Positions 38,884-48,960 of a DNA stretch of 64,000 nt are shown here, one piece after another. The stretch is taken from the NCBI GenBank assembly GCA_945889625.1, contig CAMDCE010000010.1:10637-74636 (forward strand), written 5' to 3'. Positions within the stretch are counted from its first letter, which is position 1, and each line of letters begins with the position of its first letter. The notes under the pieces were generated by a model. The model was not told where the DNA came from. It was given only the letters and a program-made list of their open reading frames with translations, and ran no database searches. Position numbers and translations under genes: made by a program. The DNA comes from Asaia bogorensis. Its GTDB lineage: Bacteria > Pseudomonadota > Alphaproteobacteria > Reyranellales > Reyranellaceae.

Positions 38884-39298
38884 CTAGGGTTTGGTCGACT
38901 GCGGGCTGATGATGTTGCCGCGGGCGTCGATCCGGTTTCCCTGCCCATCATAGCGGAAACCATACTCGTCGCGGAAGGCCTGAACGCCGGCCGGCGGCGG
39001 GGGCGGCACCGGCGGGACATAGGCCGGCGTCGGGTAGGTGACGGTGGTGACTGCATAATAGCCGACGGGGGCCGGGCCATAGGCCGCCTCCTCGCGCCAG
39101 CGCCGGGCATCGGCCTCGCGGCCGACGCAGCCATCGAAGCGGGCGGTGCCGGGGGTCAGACCGTACGAATAGCAGGCGTCGCGGGCGTCGGCGACGAGCC
39201 GGTCAGAGGGCCAGGCACGACGGCCTGGGTCGTCGACTTATATGAGCAGGCGCCGGCGCTGAGGCCGAGCGCCTGGCGCGCGCTGGGAGCGCGCGGTC
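38884..39298 (-). pseudogene. frameshifted lipoprotein gene (start lost)
   Basis: ALGLSAGACSYKSTTQAVV in one frame; SDRLVADARDACYSYG...YDGQGNRIDARGNIISPQSTKP* in another; no ATG. Confidence 0.55.
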
Positions 39299-39304
39299 CG
39301 ATGA

Positions 39305-39727
39305 CTACTTCCTGGTCATGCCGTCCTTGATCTCTTCGAAGCTTTGGCTCATCCGCTCGTGGATGATCTGGGCCGCCTCGCCGCCCGACTTCTGCACCAG
39401 CTCGGCAAGGTCGCGGGTGTTGGCGATCGCAGCCTCCATCGCCTTCTTGGCGAACTCGGCCTGCTTGGCGAGCATGTCCTGCGGCGCGCCCGTCGGCTTG
39501 TAGTCCTGCGCCATCGCGGTGATGTCCTTGACGGTCGCCTCGAAGATCTCGCGCTGCTTGTTGGCGACCGCCGTGGCGCCGGCGGCCATCGCCTGCCACG
39601 AGCGCGACATCGCATCGAGATTCTTCTGATGGTGCTCCATGATCCTAGTCATGTCGAAGGACGGGACCTTGAGCTGCTCGCCGAGTTTCTGGAACATGTC
39701 CATGAAGTTCTGGGGTGCATCGGCCAT
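39305..39727 (-). CDS. phasin family protein
   Basis: VPSFDM..IMEHHQKNLDAM, KQAEFAKKAMEAAIANTRDLAELVQKS. Confidence 0.85.
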   Translation of the reverse strand: MADAPQNFMDMFQKLGEQLKVPSFDMTRIMEHHQKNLDAMSRSWQAMAAGATAVANKQREIFEATVKDITAMAQDYKPTGAPQDMLAKQAEFAKKAMEAAIANTRDLAELVQKSGGEAAQIIHERMSQSFEEIKDGMTRK

Positions 39728-39743
39728 GGGTACCTCCTGTCTG

Positions 39744-41024
39744 TCAGAAGCGGAGCTTCAACCCCTGCTCCAGCGCGTGCAAGGCCAATCCGGCCAGCCC
39801 GCCGATCATGGCACCATTGAAACGGATATATTGCAGATCCGCTCCGACGGTGAGCTCGATGCGGCCGATCAGCATGTCGATGTCCCAGGATTTTACCTGG
39901 TCGGCAATGAAGCGGCCGACACCGCTCTTCTGGCTCTGCACGAAATCACCCAGCACGCGGACCATGCCGCGGTTGATCTCGGTGCGGATTGCGGCATCGC
40001 GCGACAGTTGCCCTCCGATATCGACCAGCATGGCCTCGAGCTGGCGGCGGATCTGGGAATCCTCGGCCGCAGCATCGCGCTCGAGGAACGAGCGCAGGCT
40101 GTCCCAGGCACCTTCTGCAAGTGCCACGATTTCCGGCCGCGCTAGCAGGTCGTGTTTCAGCGCCTGCGCGCGGCGCGCAAAATCCTTGGATGTCCGCAGG
40201 CGCTCGATGAAGCCTGTCACGAAACCGTCAAACTCGCGGCGCAGCGGATGCGCGGGATCGCCGCGTGCCTCCTCGATGAAAGCCGTCGCCGAGGCCACGA
40301 TCTTGCGCAGGAGATAGGCGTCGGAGCGAAACACGTTGAATAGCGCCGGCAGCTCCTTGCGGATCTTCTCGCGCAACGCGTCGAGTGCCTCCTGGTTGGT
40401 GAGCAGCTTCTCCAAGGCGCCGAGAAGCTCGTTCAGCAGGCGCTGGTGCCGGCCCTTCTCGATGACCGCCGTCAAAAGACCGGCTGCCAGCGGCGCCAGC
40501 TCGACGCGTTCCAGCTCGGCCTTGATCCGCTGGCCGATGAAAGAGCGCAGACCGGACTGGTCGATCGCCGTCAGGGTCTGGGGCAGGAGCTTCAGCACGA
40601 AATCCGCCAGCGCCGCACTACGGTCGCGGTCGGACAGCCAGTCGGCCATCAGGGCGGCGAAATCGACCTCGCCGAGTTTCTTGTCGACCGCCTCGGGCGC
40701 GAGGAAATTGGTTTCGACGAAGGTGCCGAGATTGTCGGCAATGCGCTGGTGGTTGCGCGGAATGATGGCGGTGTGCGGGATCGGCAGGCCGAGCGGGCGG
40801 CGGAACAGCGCTACCACGGCGTACCAGTCGGCCAGGCCGCCCACGGTCGCCGCTGCCGCGAAGGACGCCACGTAACCCCAGCCCCAGTGCATCGGTTCGA
40901 AATGACGCGCCACCACGAACAGGCTCGCCGTGGCGACCAGCACCAGGGTCGCCGCCAGCTTGATACGGCGGAGCGCACGGGCGCGATCCGCATCGCGGGT
41001 CTCGTGGGGAGAAGCGTCGTCCAT
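39744..41024 (-). CDS. DUF445 family membrane protein
   Basis: VGGLADWYAVVALFRRPLGLPIPHTAII; DLQYIRFNGAMIGGLAG. Confidence 0.92.
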   Translation of the reverse strand: MDDASPHETRDADRARALRRIKLAATLVLVATASLFVVARHFEPMHWGWGYVASFAAAATVGGLADWYAVVALFRRPLGLPIPHTAIIPRNHQRIADNLGTFVETNFLAPEAVDKKLGEVDFAALMADWLSDRDRSAALADFVLKLLPQTLTAIDQSGLRSFIGQRIKAELERVELAPLAAGLLTAVIEKGRHQRLLNELLGALEKLLTNQEALDALREKIRKELPALFNVFRSDAYLLRKIVASATAFIEEARGDPAHPLRREFDGFVTGFIERLRTSKDFARRAQALKHDLLARPEIVALAEGAWDSLRSFLERDAAAEDSQIRRQLEAMLVDIGGQLSRDAAIRTEINRGMVRVLGDFVQSQKSGVGRFIADQVKSWDIDMLIGRIELTVGADLQYIRFNGAMIGGLAGLALHALEQGLKLRF

Positions 41025-41068
41025 TCTGTCGTATATAGTCAGCCCAACGGACTTTTGCGGGGGAAATC

Positions 41069-41959
41069 ATGAAGGTCGGATTTATCGGTGTCGGCAACAT
41101 GGGCGGCCCGATGTGCCGCAACATCATCAAGAAGAGCAATCACGCCGTGACCGTGTTCGACCTGAACCCGGCGGCGGTGAAGACCTGCACCGATCTCGGC
41201 GGCACGGCCGCCAAATCGATCGCCGAGGTGACCAAGGGTGCCGACGTGGTGATGACCTCATTGCCGATGCCCAAGGACGTCGAGGCAGTGACCCTGGGCG
41301 ACAACGGCATCCTGGCCAACATCGCCAAGGGCCAGACCTACATCGACCTGTCGACCAACGCTCCCTCGATGGTGAAGAAGATCGGCGCCGCCATGTCCGC
41401 CAAGGGCATTGCCATGCTCGACGCGCCGGTGAGCGGCGGCACGGTCGGCGCCGAGGCCGCGACCATCGCCATCATGGTGGGCGGCGACAAGAAGGTGTTC
41501 GACGATGCCCTTCCCGTGCTGCAGTCGTTCAGCGCCAACGTCATCCACATGGGGGCGCTGGGCAACGGCACGGTGGCCAAGCTGGTGAACAACATGTTGT
41601 CGTTCTGCAACATGGCGGCGCTCTCCGAAGGCATGATGCTCGGCACCACCTATGGACTCGACCCCGACAAGCTGCTGCACGTGATCTCCACCTCCAGCGG
41701 CAACTCCAACGCGATCAGGAACTTCACGCAACGCGCCCTTGTCGGCCACTACTCGCCGCCGTCGTTCGCGCTCGACCTCGCCTACAAGGATCTGCATCTG
41801 GCGCTCGAGCTGGGCGACGAGCTGGGTGTGCCGCTGCAGCAAGGCGCCTCGACCCACAACCTGCAGCGCCTGGCCAAGGGCATGGGCTGGGGGCCGGACG
41901 ACAGTTCCTCTGTCCTGCGCGTCTACGAGACCATGCTGAGGCGCAAGGTCAAGGGGTGA
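41069..41959 (+). CDS. NAD(P)-dependent beta-hydroxyacid dehydrogenase (3-hydroxyisobutyrate dehydrogenase family)
   Basis: GFIGVGNMG, LDAPVSGG, KLVNN, FALDLAYKD. Confidence 0.9.
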   Translation: MKVGFIGVGNMGGPMCRNIIKKSNHAVTVFDLNPAAVKTCTDLGGTAAKSIAEVTKGADVVMTSLPMPKDVEAVTLGDNGILANIAKGQTYIDLSTNAPSMVKKIGAAMSAKGIAMLDAPVSGGTVGAEAATIAIMVGGDKKVFDDALPVLQSFSANVIHMGALGNGTVAKLVNNMLSFCNMAALSEGMMLGTTYGLDPDKLLHVISTSSGNSNAIRNFTQRALVGHYSPPSFALDLAYKDLHLALELGDELGVPLQQGASTHNLQRLAKGMGWGPDDSSSVLRVYETMLRRKVKG

Positions 41960-42534
41960 TCCTGCGCCGCGCGCTGCTCGCGGCGTCGGCCGGCCTGCCG
42001 CTGGCGGCGGCACGCGGCGAGACGGAAGGCGTGTGGCGGGCATTGCGCGCCGGCGGCCATGTCGCGCTGATGCGCCATGCCCTGGCGCCGGGAACCTATG
42101 ATCCGCCAGGCTTCAAGCTCGATGACTGCGCCACCCAGCGCAACCTCTCGGCCGAGGGCCGCACCCAGGCGAGCCGGGCGGGCGACTTGTTTCACCGCAA
42201 TGGCATTGCTGCCGCGCGCGTGTTCGCGAGCCAGTGGTGCCGCTGCCTGGAGACCGCGACCTTGCTCGCGCTCGGCGACGTCACGCAGCAGGCGCTGCTC
42301 AACTTTCACCAGGGAAGCCGTACGGGTCCGGGATCTGCCAGCGATCCCGCGCGGGTCGAGGCCTTGCGCGCCTGGCTCTCCCGGCTGGACCTGGTACAGC
42401 CTCATGTGCTGATCACCCATGGCGCGGTGATCGCGGCGCAGTTCGGCGCCTACGCCGATTCAGGCGAGATCATTGTCGCGCGCCGCAGCGGTGACGGCGC
42501 GCTGACGGTCGCAGGCCGAGTTCCGACGGCCTAG
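41956..42534 (+). CDS. histidine phosphatase family protein, probable Tat signal
   Basis: LRRALL leader; LMRHA, CATQRNLS, SQWCRCLETA, LITHG; GTGA overlap. Confidence 0.85.
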   Translation: MILRRALLAASAGLPLAAARGETEGVWRALRAGGHVALMRHALAPGTYDPPGFKLDDCATQRNLSAEGRTQASRAGDLFHRNGIAAARVFASQWCRCLETATLLALGDVTQQALLNFHQGSRTGPGSASDPARVEALRAWLSRLDLVQPHVLITHGAVIAAQFGAYADSGEIIVARRSGDGALTVAGRVPTA

Positions 42535-42549
42535 AGCTCACATTGGGGA

Positions 42550-42639
42550 GTGCGATCCAGCCCACTGCCGACGCACGGCCGCCTCGAGTTCGTCCCGATC
42601 ACCGAGCGGCCGGATTATTCCTGGCCCGGCGGCAAGCGT
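42550..42639 (+). pseudogene. N-terminal remnant of a polysaccharide-deacetylase (PuuE-like) gene
   Basis: LPTHGRLEFVPITERPDYSWPGGKR, then similarity is lost. Confidence 0.55.
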
Positions 42640-42761
42640 GGTTGCCCCATTTGGCCAGCGCTTCGGCGCTGTCGGTCTGCACCCACACGACCCGCTCTCG
42701 GATCGACGGGGGCACAACGCATTCGTGCATCGACCAAGCGCCTCAACTGCCCGGCGATCCG

Positions 42762-43364
42762 TCAATCCGCATCGAGATGCCGGGCAATCAGCGGTGCGAC
42801 GACATCAGGCATCGCCGAGGCAAGATCGTGGTCGCCCCCTGCCACGACGAGGAGTTGGGCATTCGGCAGACGGGCCTCGAGATGCATTCCCACGGCGAGC
42901 GGACTGACGGCGTCTGAGTCGCCCCAGATCAGCAGCGTCGGCTGGGCGATGCGCTCGACGGGCAGTTCCGACGCCGCGGCGGTTGCGGTGATCCATTCGG
43001 CCGCCTCGGGAAACGACTTGCGATAGTCGGGCCGCCAGTCGGCGGCGCCGAGCCGCGCCATGTCCACGCCGGCCGATGTGACCGTAAGCACCAGCCGGCG
43101 CACGAGGGCGGGCTGGGCCAGCGCCAGCCGCGCGGCAATGATGCCACCCATCGATTGCGCCACCAGGTCGACAGGGCCGTCGATCCTCGCCGCCGCGAGT
43201 CGCACCAGATCGTCGATGCCCTTGATCGCCGGGTCGTGCGGTTGATGGCCGAGTCCGGGCCAGCCGAAATAGTGCTTCGACCATTCGGCGGGCAGCCGCG
43301 ATCCGACGGGCTTCCAGAAATCCGGCGAGGCGCCAGCGCCGGGGAGGAACAGGACCCTGCGCAT
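42762..43364 (-). CDS. alpha/beta fold hydrolase
   Basis: FLPGAG, AQSMGG, WGDSD, GGDHD. Confidence 0.85.
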   Translation of the reverse strand: MRRVLFLPGAGASPDFWKPVGSRLPAEWSKHYFGWPGLGHQPHDPAIKGIDDLVRLAAARIDGPVDLVAQSMGGIIAARLALAQPALVRRLVLTVTSAGVDMARLGAADWRPDYRKSFPEAAEWITATAAASELPVERIAQPTLLIWGDSDAVSPLAVGMHLEARLPNAQLLVVAGGDHDLASAMPDVVAPLIARHLDAD

Positions 43365-43367
43365 GGC

Positions 43368-44030
43368 TCAGGCCAGCCGCGTGAGGAAATCAGGCAATTT
43401 GCGTCCCTGCGACAGCAGGTAACGTGCCATCGCGCCTGCGACTGCAGCGACCGCAGAGCGCGCACTCATGCGGTCGCGCCACTGCCGCAGACGTGGATGC
43501 GCGTCGGTCAAGGGCGCGCCCATGCGCTCGCCGAAGAACTGCGCCATGTAGAAGGCGATGTCGGCGTAGCAGTAGCTGCCGGCCAGCCATTGCTGTGCAC
43601 CGAGCGTGCGCTCCATCTCGTCATAGAAGCGGCCCGCCGCGGCGCGCGCCTCGACGGCAGCCGGATCGTCGGGCGTGGCCTGCAAGCCCATCAGCCGGAC
43701 GACGTGCGGGAAATAGATCTCGTCGGATTTGTGCTCCAACAGCCGAGCCCGGGCTTTCGCCTTCACGCCGGCTGGCCACAGCGCCGGCTCGGGCTTCAGG
43801 GTCTCGAGATACTCGAAGATCTGCGTCGAATCGAAGAGCTCGACGCCCTCGTCGATCAGCACCGGCACCTGGCACTTGGGATTGATGCGCAGCACCTCGG
43901 GATGCTTGGGCTGATAGAGCGTCTTCATCTCGAACGGCACCATGACCAGATCGAAATAGACGCCCTTCTCGCGGGCGGCGATCTCGGCCTTGGCGCCGAA
44001 CATGCTGAGCGGACCTGAGTAAAGTTTCAC
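43368..44030 (-). CDS. glutathione S-transferase
   Basis: KLYSG..SMF, INPKCQVPVL, DSTQIFEYL, YADIAF; GTG start. Confidence 0.9.
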   Translation of the reverse strand: MKLYSGPLSMFGAKAEIAAREKGVYFDLVMVPFEMKTLYQPKHPEVLRINPKCQVPVLIDEGVELFDSTQIFEYLETLKPEPALWPAGVKAKARARLLEHKSDEIYFPHVVRLMGLQATPDDPAAVEARAAAGRFYDEMERTLGAQQWLAGSYCYADIAFYMAQFFGERMGAPLTDAHPRLRQWRDRMSARSAVAAVAGAMARYLLSQGRKLPDFLTRLA

Positions 44031-44087
44031 ATCGGTGACGCTAACACGGGCTTGCCGGCAACGGCACGCGACCTAAGCTAGGTCTCC

Positions 44088-45218
44088 ATGGCAAGACTTC
44101 TCATGCTTCTGTTCGCCGCCACCTTCGCCCTTCCCACCGGAGCCGAAGCCTGCGATCCGCCACAGGAGATCGGTGACGGCTGGAGCATCGCCGCTCCAGA
44201 CGATGTCGGCCTCGACGGCGCCAGGCTTTGCGAGCTCGAAGCGTTCCTTGGCGCCTGGCCCAAGCGCAACATCCATGCCGTTGTCGTCGTGCGACGGGGC
44301 AAGCTGGTCTTCGAACGCTATTTCGCGGGCCAAGACGAACGCTGGGTGCTGTCATCGGGCTTGACGCAGTTCTCGCCGACCGAAAAGCACGACATCCGCT
44401 CGATCTCCAAGAGCGTGACCTCACTGTTGGTCGGCATCACACTGGGCGAGGGCAAGTTTCCGCCGCTCGATTCACCGGTGGTCGATTCCTTTCCGGAATA
44501 TGCCGACCTGCGCACAGCCGAGAAGGCGCGCATCACCTTCCGTCATCTTCTGACCATGTCGCACGGCCTGGTGTGGGACGAGAACGTTGCCTGGAACGAT
44601 TATAGGAACACCGAACGGCTGATGTTCGAAGCCAGGGATCCCTATCGCTACGTACTGGAACAACCGGTCGCCTTGCCGCCCGGCGTGCTGTTCAACTACA
44701 GCGGCGGCGCCACGACCCTGCTCGCCGGCGCGCTGATGAAGGCGACGGGGCGCAAGATCGACGACTACGCCAGGGAAAAGCTGTTCACGCCGCTTGGCAT
44801 CACCGACTTCGAATGGCTGAATTTCGCCGGCAGCAGCGAGATCGCCGCGTTCGGCGGGCTACGCCTGCGCCCGCGTGATCTTGCCAAGATCGGCCAGCTC
44901 ATGGCCGGCGACGGGCTGTGGAACGGCAAGCGTGTGCTGCCCGAGGGCTGGGTCGCAGAATCGACCAAGCCGCGGCTCAACACTGAAGCGCCTCTTTGGT
45001 TTTACTACGGCTATCAATGGTGGCTCGGTCGCTCGCTGTTGCGCGGCCGGGATCTCACCTGGACCGCCGGCTTCGGCAATGGCGGGCAACGTCTCTTCGT
45101 GGTCCCCGAACTGGACCTCGTTGTTGCAATCAACGCCACCCACTACGGCAGCCCGCTTCAGGGCATCATCCCGATCGCGATCCTCAATCGCCTCGTCCTG
45201 CCGGCGGTGAAGGACTGA
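44088..45218 (+). CDS. secreted serine hydrolase, beta-lactamase class C-like family
   Basis: Signal peptide; SISK (SxxK), FNYSG, GYQWW, GFGNGGQ. Confidence 0.9.
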   Translation: MARLLMLLFAATFALPTGAEACDPPQEIGDGWSIAAPDDVGLDGARLCELEAFLGAWPKRNIHAVVVVRRGKLVFERYFAGQDERWVLSSGLTQFSPTEKHDIRSISKSVTSLLVGITLGEGKFPPLDSPVVDSFPEYADLRTAEKARITFRHLLTMSHGLVWDENVAWNDYRNTERLMFEARDPYRYVLEQPVALPPGVLFNYSGGATTLLAGALMKATGRKIDDYAREKLFTPLGITDFEWLNFAGSSEIAAFGGLRLRPRDLAKIGQLMAGDGLWNGKRVLPEGWVAESTKPRLNTEAPLWFYYGYQWWLGRSLLRGRDLTWTAGFGNGGQRLFVVPELDLVVAINATHYGSPLQGIIPIAILNRLVLPAVKD

Positions 45219-45227
45219 TCTTCCCGC

Positions 45228-46499
45228 CTACATCGTCACGAGCATCGCGATCGAGGCGGCGGCCATCATCGCCGTCGTGGCCCAGCCGACCACGCGTTGG
45301 CCCAGGGTGGCGACGAAGTCGCCCATCTGCGCGCGGCGCGAGGCCACGATCATCATTGCCGCCATGATCGGCACGGTGATGACGCCGTTCAGAACGGCGC
45401 TCCAGATCAGCGCCTTGATCGGATCGAGCGGCGAGAGGTCGACAGCGAGGCCAAGCAGGATGGCAAGAGCGATAATGCCGTAAAAAGCCTTGGCGTGCCG
45501 TGGCGGAGTCTCAAGCCCGGTCCGCCAGCCTCTCGCCTCGCCGATAGCATAGGCGGCCGAGCCTGCCAGGATGGGGACGGCGAGGAGGCCGGTGCCGACG
45601 ATACCCAGGCTGAACAGCAGAAAGGCCAAGTCGCCGGCGATCGGCTTCAGCGCCGCCGCCGCCTGCGCCGACGTCTGGATGTCGGTCTGCCCCGCCGCGT
45701 TCAGCGTCGCCGCGGTGGTCAGGACAATAAAGAAGCCGACCAGATTGCACAGTCCCATGCCGACCCAGGTCTCCCAGGCGATACGACGGAGTTCATGCGG
45801 CGCCTGTTCAGGCCGGTCGATCAGGGGACCAGCCTCCGTATCGGCCTCCTCGTCCTCGACCTCCTGCGAACTCTGCCAGAAGAACAGATAGGGGCTGATG
45901 GTCGTGCCGAAGATGGCGACGATCATGGTGAGCGCATCGCCGGTCAACTCGAAGCGCGGCACGACGGCACCAACTGCAACCGCGCGCCAGTCGATGTGCA
46001 CGGTGAATACCACGCCGACATAGGCAAACAGCGAGAAGGTCAGCCACTTCAGGATCCCGACATAGCGGTGATAGGGGATGAACACGACGGCCAGCAGCGA
46101 GAAGAGTGCAAAACCGACCGTGAAGAAGTGCTGCCCGCCGCCGACTACCAGACCCGCCGCGGCGCCCATCGCGGCGAGGTCGGCACCGATGTTGACAGTG
46201 TTGGCGACAAACAGCAGCACCACCAGAATCGAGACGACAGATTTGGGAAACACCTGGCTCATGTTGGCCGCAAGCCCATGGCCGGTGACGCGGCCGATGC
46301 GCGCGCTCACCGATTGCACGGTCGCAACCAGCGGCCAGGTGAGCACCACGGTCCACAGCAGTCCGAAGCCGAACTGCGCACCTGCCTGCGAATGGGTGGC
46401 GATACCGCCGGGATCGTCGTCGGCAGCGCCGGTGATCACGCCCGGGCCGAGCCGATTGAAGAGGCCTCGCAGGTGGAGTCGTTGGCCGACGTGGCTCAC
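45228..46499 (-). CDS. NRAMP-related divalent metal transporter
   Basis: LGPGVITGAADDDPGGIAT, GTTISPYLFFWQ, many TM helices; GTG start overlaps the phosphodiesterase stop. Confidence 0.88.
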   Translation of the reverse strand: MSHVGQRLHLRGLFNRLGPGVITGAADDDPGGIATHSQAGAQFGFGLLWTVVLTWPLVATVQSVSARIGRVTGHGLAANMSQVFPKSVVSILVVLLFVANTVNIGADLAAMGAAAGLVVGGGQHFFTVGFALFSLLAVVFIPYHRYVGILKWLTFSLFAYVGVVFTVHIDWRAVAVGAVVPRFELTGDALTMIVAIFGTTISPYLFFWQSSQEVEDEEADTEAGPLIDRPEQAPHELRRIAWETWVGMGLCNLVGFFIVLTTAATLNAAGQTDIQTSAQAAAALKPIAGDLAFLLFSLGIVGTGLLAVPILAGSAAYAIGEARGWRTGLETPPRHAKAFYGIIALAILLGLAVDLSPLDPIKALIWSAVLNGVITVPIMAAMMIVASRRAQMGDFVATLGQRVVGWATTAMMAAASIAMLVTM

Positions 46500-47299
46500 T
46501 TGGCCAATGTGCGGAACGGCTGGGGTCCGTCGAACGCGCCGACATAGCTTATGTGGGTGACCAGGCCTACTCCGGGCCGCCATTGATGCAGGGCCATGCC
46601 TGGCGGCTCCATCATCATCGAGAGCGGCGCGCCGGGATGCAGGTCGAGCGTCGCCTGATGGGCCGTGCTGGGCGCGATCGAGGCCATGGTGCCGGCCCAG
46701 CGCACCTGGATCGGGCGATGGACATGGCCGCACAGCACGCGCTCGACATTGCCGTGTTGGCGGACAAGTTCAGCCAATCGCTCCTCGCCTTCGTTCAGCC
46801 GCGAATTGTCGAACGCCGAGATGCCGCACTCGAACGGCGGATGATGCATGAAGAGAACGGTCGGCCGATCGCCTTCGCCGAGCCGCGCCTCGAGCCAATC
46901 GAGCCGCTCGCTGCAGAGCGCGCCGTGCGGCTTGCCGTCGACCAGCGTGTCGAGCGCGATCAGCCGCACCGGCAATCCCTCGATGGCGTACTGCAGGAAA
47001 CCGTTCGGCAGGTAGGCATGATCGGGAAAGGCCTGGCGCATCGCATCGCGCGCATCGTGATTGCCCGGGATGAAATGAACCGGCATCCCGAGCGGCGCCA
47101 GGAGCTTGCGCAGATGGGCATATTCCTCCGGCAGGCCGCGATCGACCAGGTCGCCGGTCGCGAGAACGATGTCGGGCCGCGGATCGAGCGCATTCAGGTG
47201 CGCGACGGCCCGCGTCAGATAGGCCGGCGTGTCGATGCGCCCATAGAGCAGCTTGCCCTCGGCCCTGATGTGCATGTCGGTGATCTGGGCGATCAGCAT
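46496..47299 (-). CDS. CpdA/GpdQ-like metallophosphoesterase
   Basis: QITDMH, TGDLVD, PGNHD, FMHHPP, CGHVH. Confidence 0.92.
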   Translation of the reverse strand: MLIAQITDMHIRAEGKLLYGRIDTPAYLTRAVAHLNALDPRPDIVLATGDLVDRGLPEEYAHLRKLLAPLGMPVHFIPGNHDARDAMRQAFPDHAYLPNGFLQYAIEGLPVRLIALDTLVDGKPHGALCSERLDWLEARLGEGDRPTVLFMHHPPFECGISAFDNSRLNEGEERLAELVRQHGNVERVLCGHVHRPIQVRWAGTMASIAPSTAHQATLDLHPGAPLSMMMEPPGMALHQWRPGVGLVTHISYVGAFDGPQPFRTLAK

Positions 47300-47302
47300 G
47301 GT

Positions 47303-48958
47303 CTACCCTCGAAAGCCGTTGACGATGGGATACCGCCGTTCCTTGCTGATCAGCCGCGAGGTGATCTTGACGCCCGGCGGCGCCTGGCGGCGCTTGTATT
47401 CCGCGCCTTCGAGCAGGCGCCAGACGCGATTGACGGTGGCGAGGTCGTGGCCCTCCTTCGCCAGATCCTCGGCCGCGAGGTCGCGCTCGATCAGGCCCTT
47501 CAGGATGGCGTCGAGCACGGGATAGGGCGGCAGCGAATCCTCGTCCTTCTGGTCGGCCCGCAACTCGGCCGACGGCGGCTTGGCGATGATGCGCTCGGGG
47601 ATCACCCTGCCCTTCGGCCCCATCGCACCCTCGGGCAGGTGGGCGTTGCGCCAGCGGCAAAGCTCGAACACGGTCGTCTTGTAGACGTCCTTCAATACGT
47701 TGAAGCCGCCGCACATGTCGCCATAGAGCGTGGCATAGCCCACCGCCATCTCCGACTTGTTGCCGGTGGTCACCACCATGCCGCCCAGCTTGTTGGATAC
47801 CGCCATCAGCGTGACGCCGCGGGCGCGGCTCTGGATGTTTTCCTCGGTGACGTCCTCTTTGCGATTGCCGAACAAGGGCAACGTCATCTTGCGGAAAGCC
47901 TCCATCGCGGGCTCGATCGACACGATGTCGTACTTGATGCCGATCGCCTGGGCGCAGGCCTTGGCATCCTCCAGCGAATGCGCGCTGGTGTAGGGCGAGG
48001 GCATCATCAGCGTGTGCACGCGAGCGGGGCCCAGCGCGTCGGCGGCGACGGCGGCGGTGAGCGCGGAATCGACACCGCCCGACAGGCCGATCACGACCGA
48101 GGGGAAGCCGGTCTTGTTCACATAGTCGCGCAGGCCCAGCATCATCGCCTGGTAGATCGATTCGATGTCGCTCAGCTCGGGCGCGATCCTGCCCGGCAGG
48201 CACTCCCAGCCCTTCTGGCCGCGGCGGAACTCGACGGTCACCACCTCCTCTCGGAACGAGGCGAGCTTGGCTTTCAGCTGGCGGTCGGCGCCCAGCGCGA
48301 ACGAGCCGCCGTCATAGACCACCTCGTCCTGTCCGCCGACCTGGTTGAGATAAACCAGGGGCAGGCCGCTCTCGACAACGCGGCTGACGCCCAGTTGCAC
48401 ACGCTGGTCGAACTTGCCGACCTCGTAGGGCGAGGCGTTGGGCACCAGCAGGATCTCGCCACCGGTCTCGGAGATGCACTCCACGACATCGGGCGTCCAC
48501 ACGTCCTCGCAGATCGGCACGCCGATGCGCACGCCCTTGAACACCAGCGGCCCCGGCATCGGGCCGGGCGCGAAGACGCGCTTGTCGTCGAACACGCCGT
48601 AGTTCGGCAGGTCGACCTTGTAGCGCTTGCCGATGATCTCGCCGCTGTCGAGGCAGATGATGGCGTTGTAGAGCTTGCCGTCCTCATGCCACGGCGTGGC
48701 GACGAACAGCGCCGGCCCGCCGTCGCGCGTGTCGGCGCGCAGCGCCTCGACCGCTTCATGACAGCGTTTCACGAAGGCGGGTTTCAGTACCAGGTCTTCG
48801 GGGAAGTATCCCGCCAGCACGAGCTCGGCCGTCAGCACCAGGTCGGCGCCCTGCTTCTTCGCCTCGGCGCGCGCCGCCCGCACCTTGGCGAGATTGCCGG
48901 CGACGTCGCCGACCTTGGGATTGAGCTGGGCGAGCGCGACCTTGAGGCTGTCGGTCAT
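47303..48958 (-). CDS. nadE: glutamine-dependent NAD+ synthetase
   Basis: Nitrilase domain (AEL..GY, KVDLPNYGVFD, ICEDVW) plus SGGVDS, ENIQSR, TGNKSE, PPSAEL. Confidence 0.96.
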   Translation of the reverse strand: MTDSLKVALAQLNPKVGDVAGNLAKVRAARAEAKKQGADLVLTAELVLAGYFPEDLVLKPAFVKRCHEAVEALRADTRDGGPALFVATPWHEDGKLYNAIICLDSGEIIGKRYKVDLPNYGVFDDKRVFAPGPMPGPLVFKGVRIGVPICEDVWTPDVVECISETGGEILLVPNASPYEVGKFDQRVQLGVSRVVESGLPLVYLNQVGGQDEVVYDGGSFALGADRQLKAKLASFREEVVTVEFRRGQKGWECLPGRIAPELSDIESIYQAMMLGLRDYVNKTGFPSVVIGLSGGVDSALTAAVAADALGPARVHTLMMPSPYTSAHSLEDAKACAQAIGIKYDIVSIEPAMEAFRKMTLPLFGNRKEDVTEENIQSRARGVTLMAVSNKLGGMVVTTGNKSEMAVGYATLYGDMCGGFNVLKDVYKTTVFELCRWRNAHLPEGAMGPKGRVIPERIIAKPPSAELRADQKDEDSLPPYPVLDAILKGLIERDLAAEDLAKEGHDLATVNRVWRLLEGAEYKRRQAPPGVKITSRLISKERRYPIVNGFRG

Positions 48959-48960
48959 GT

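Noticed and set aside
40930-41955. 534-aa ORF 40930-42534
   Set aside because: Only 41956-42534 is the histidine phosphatase; the upstream part is an alternate frame over the dehydrogenase
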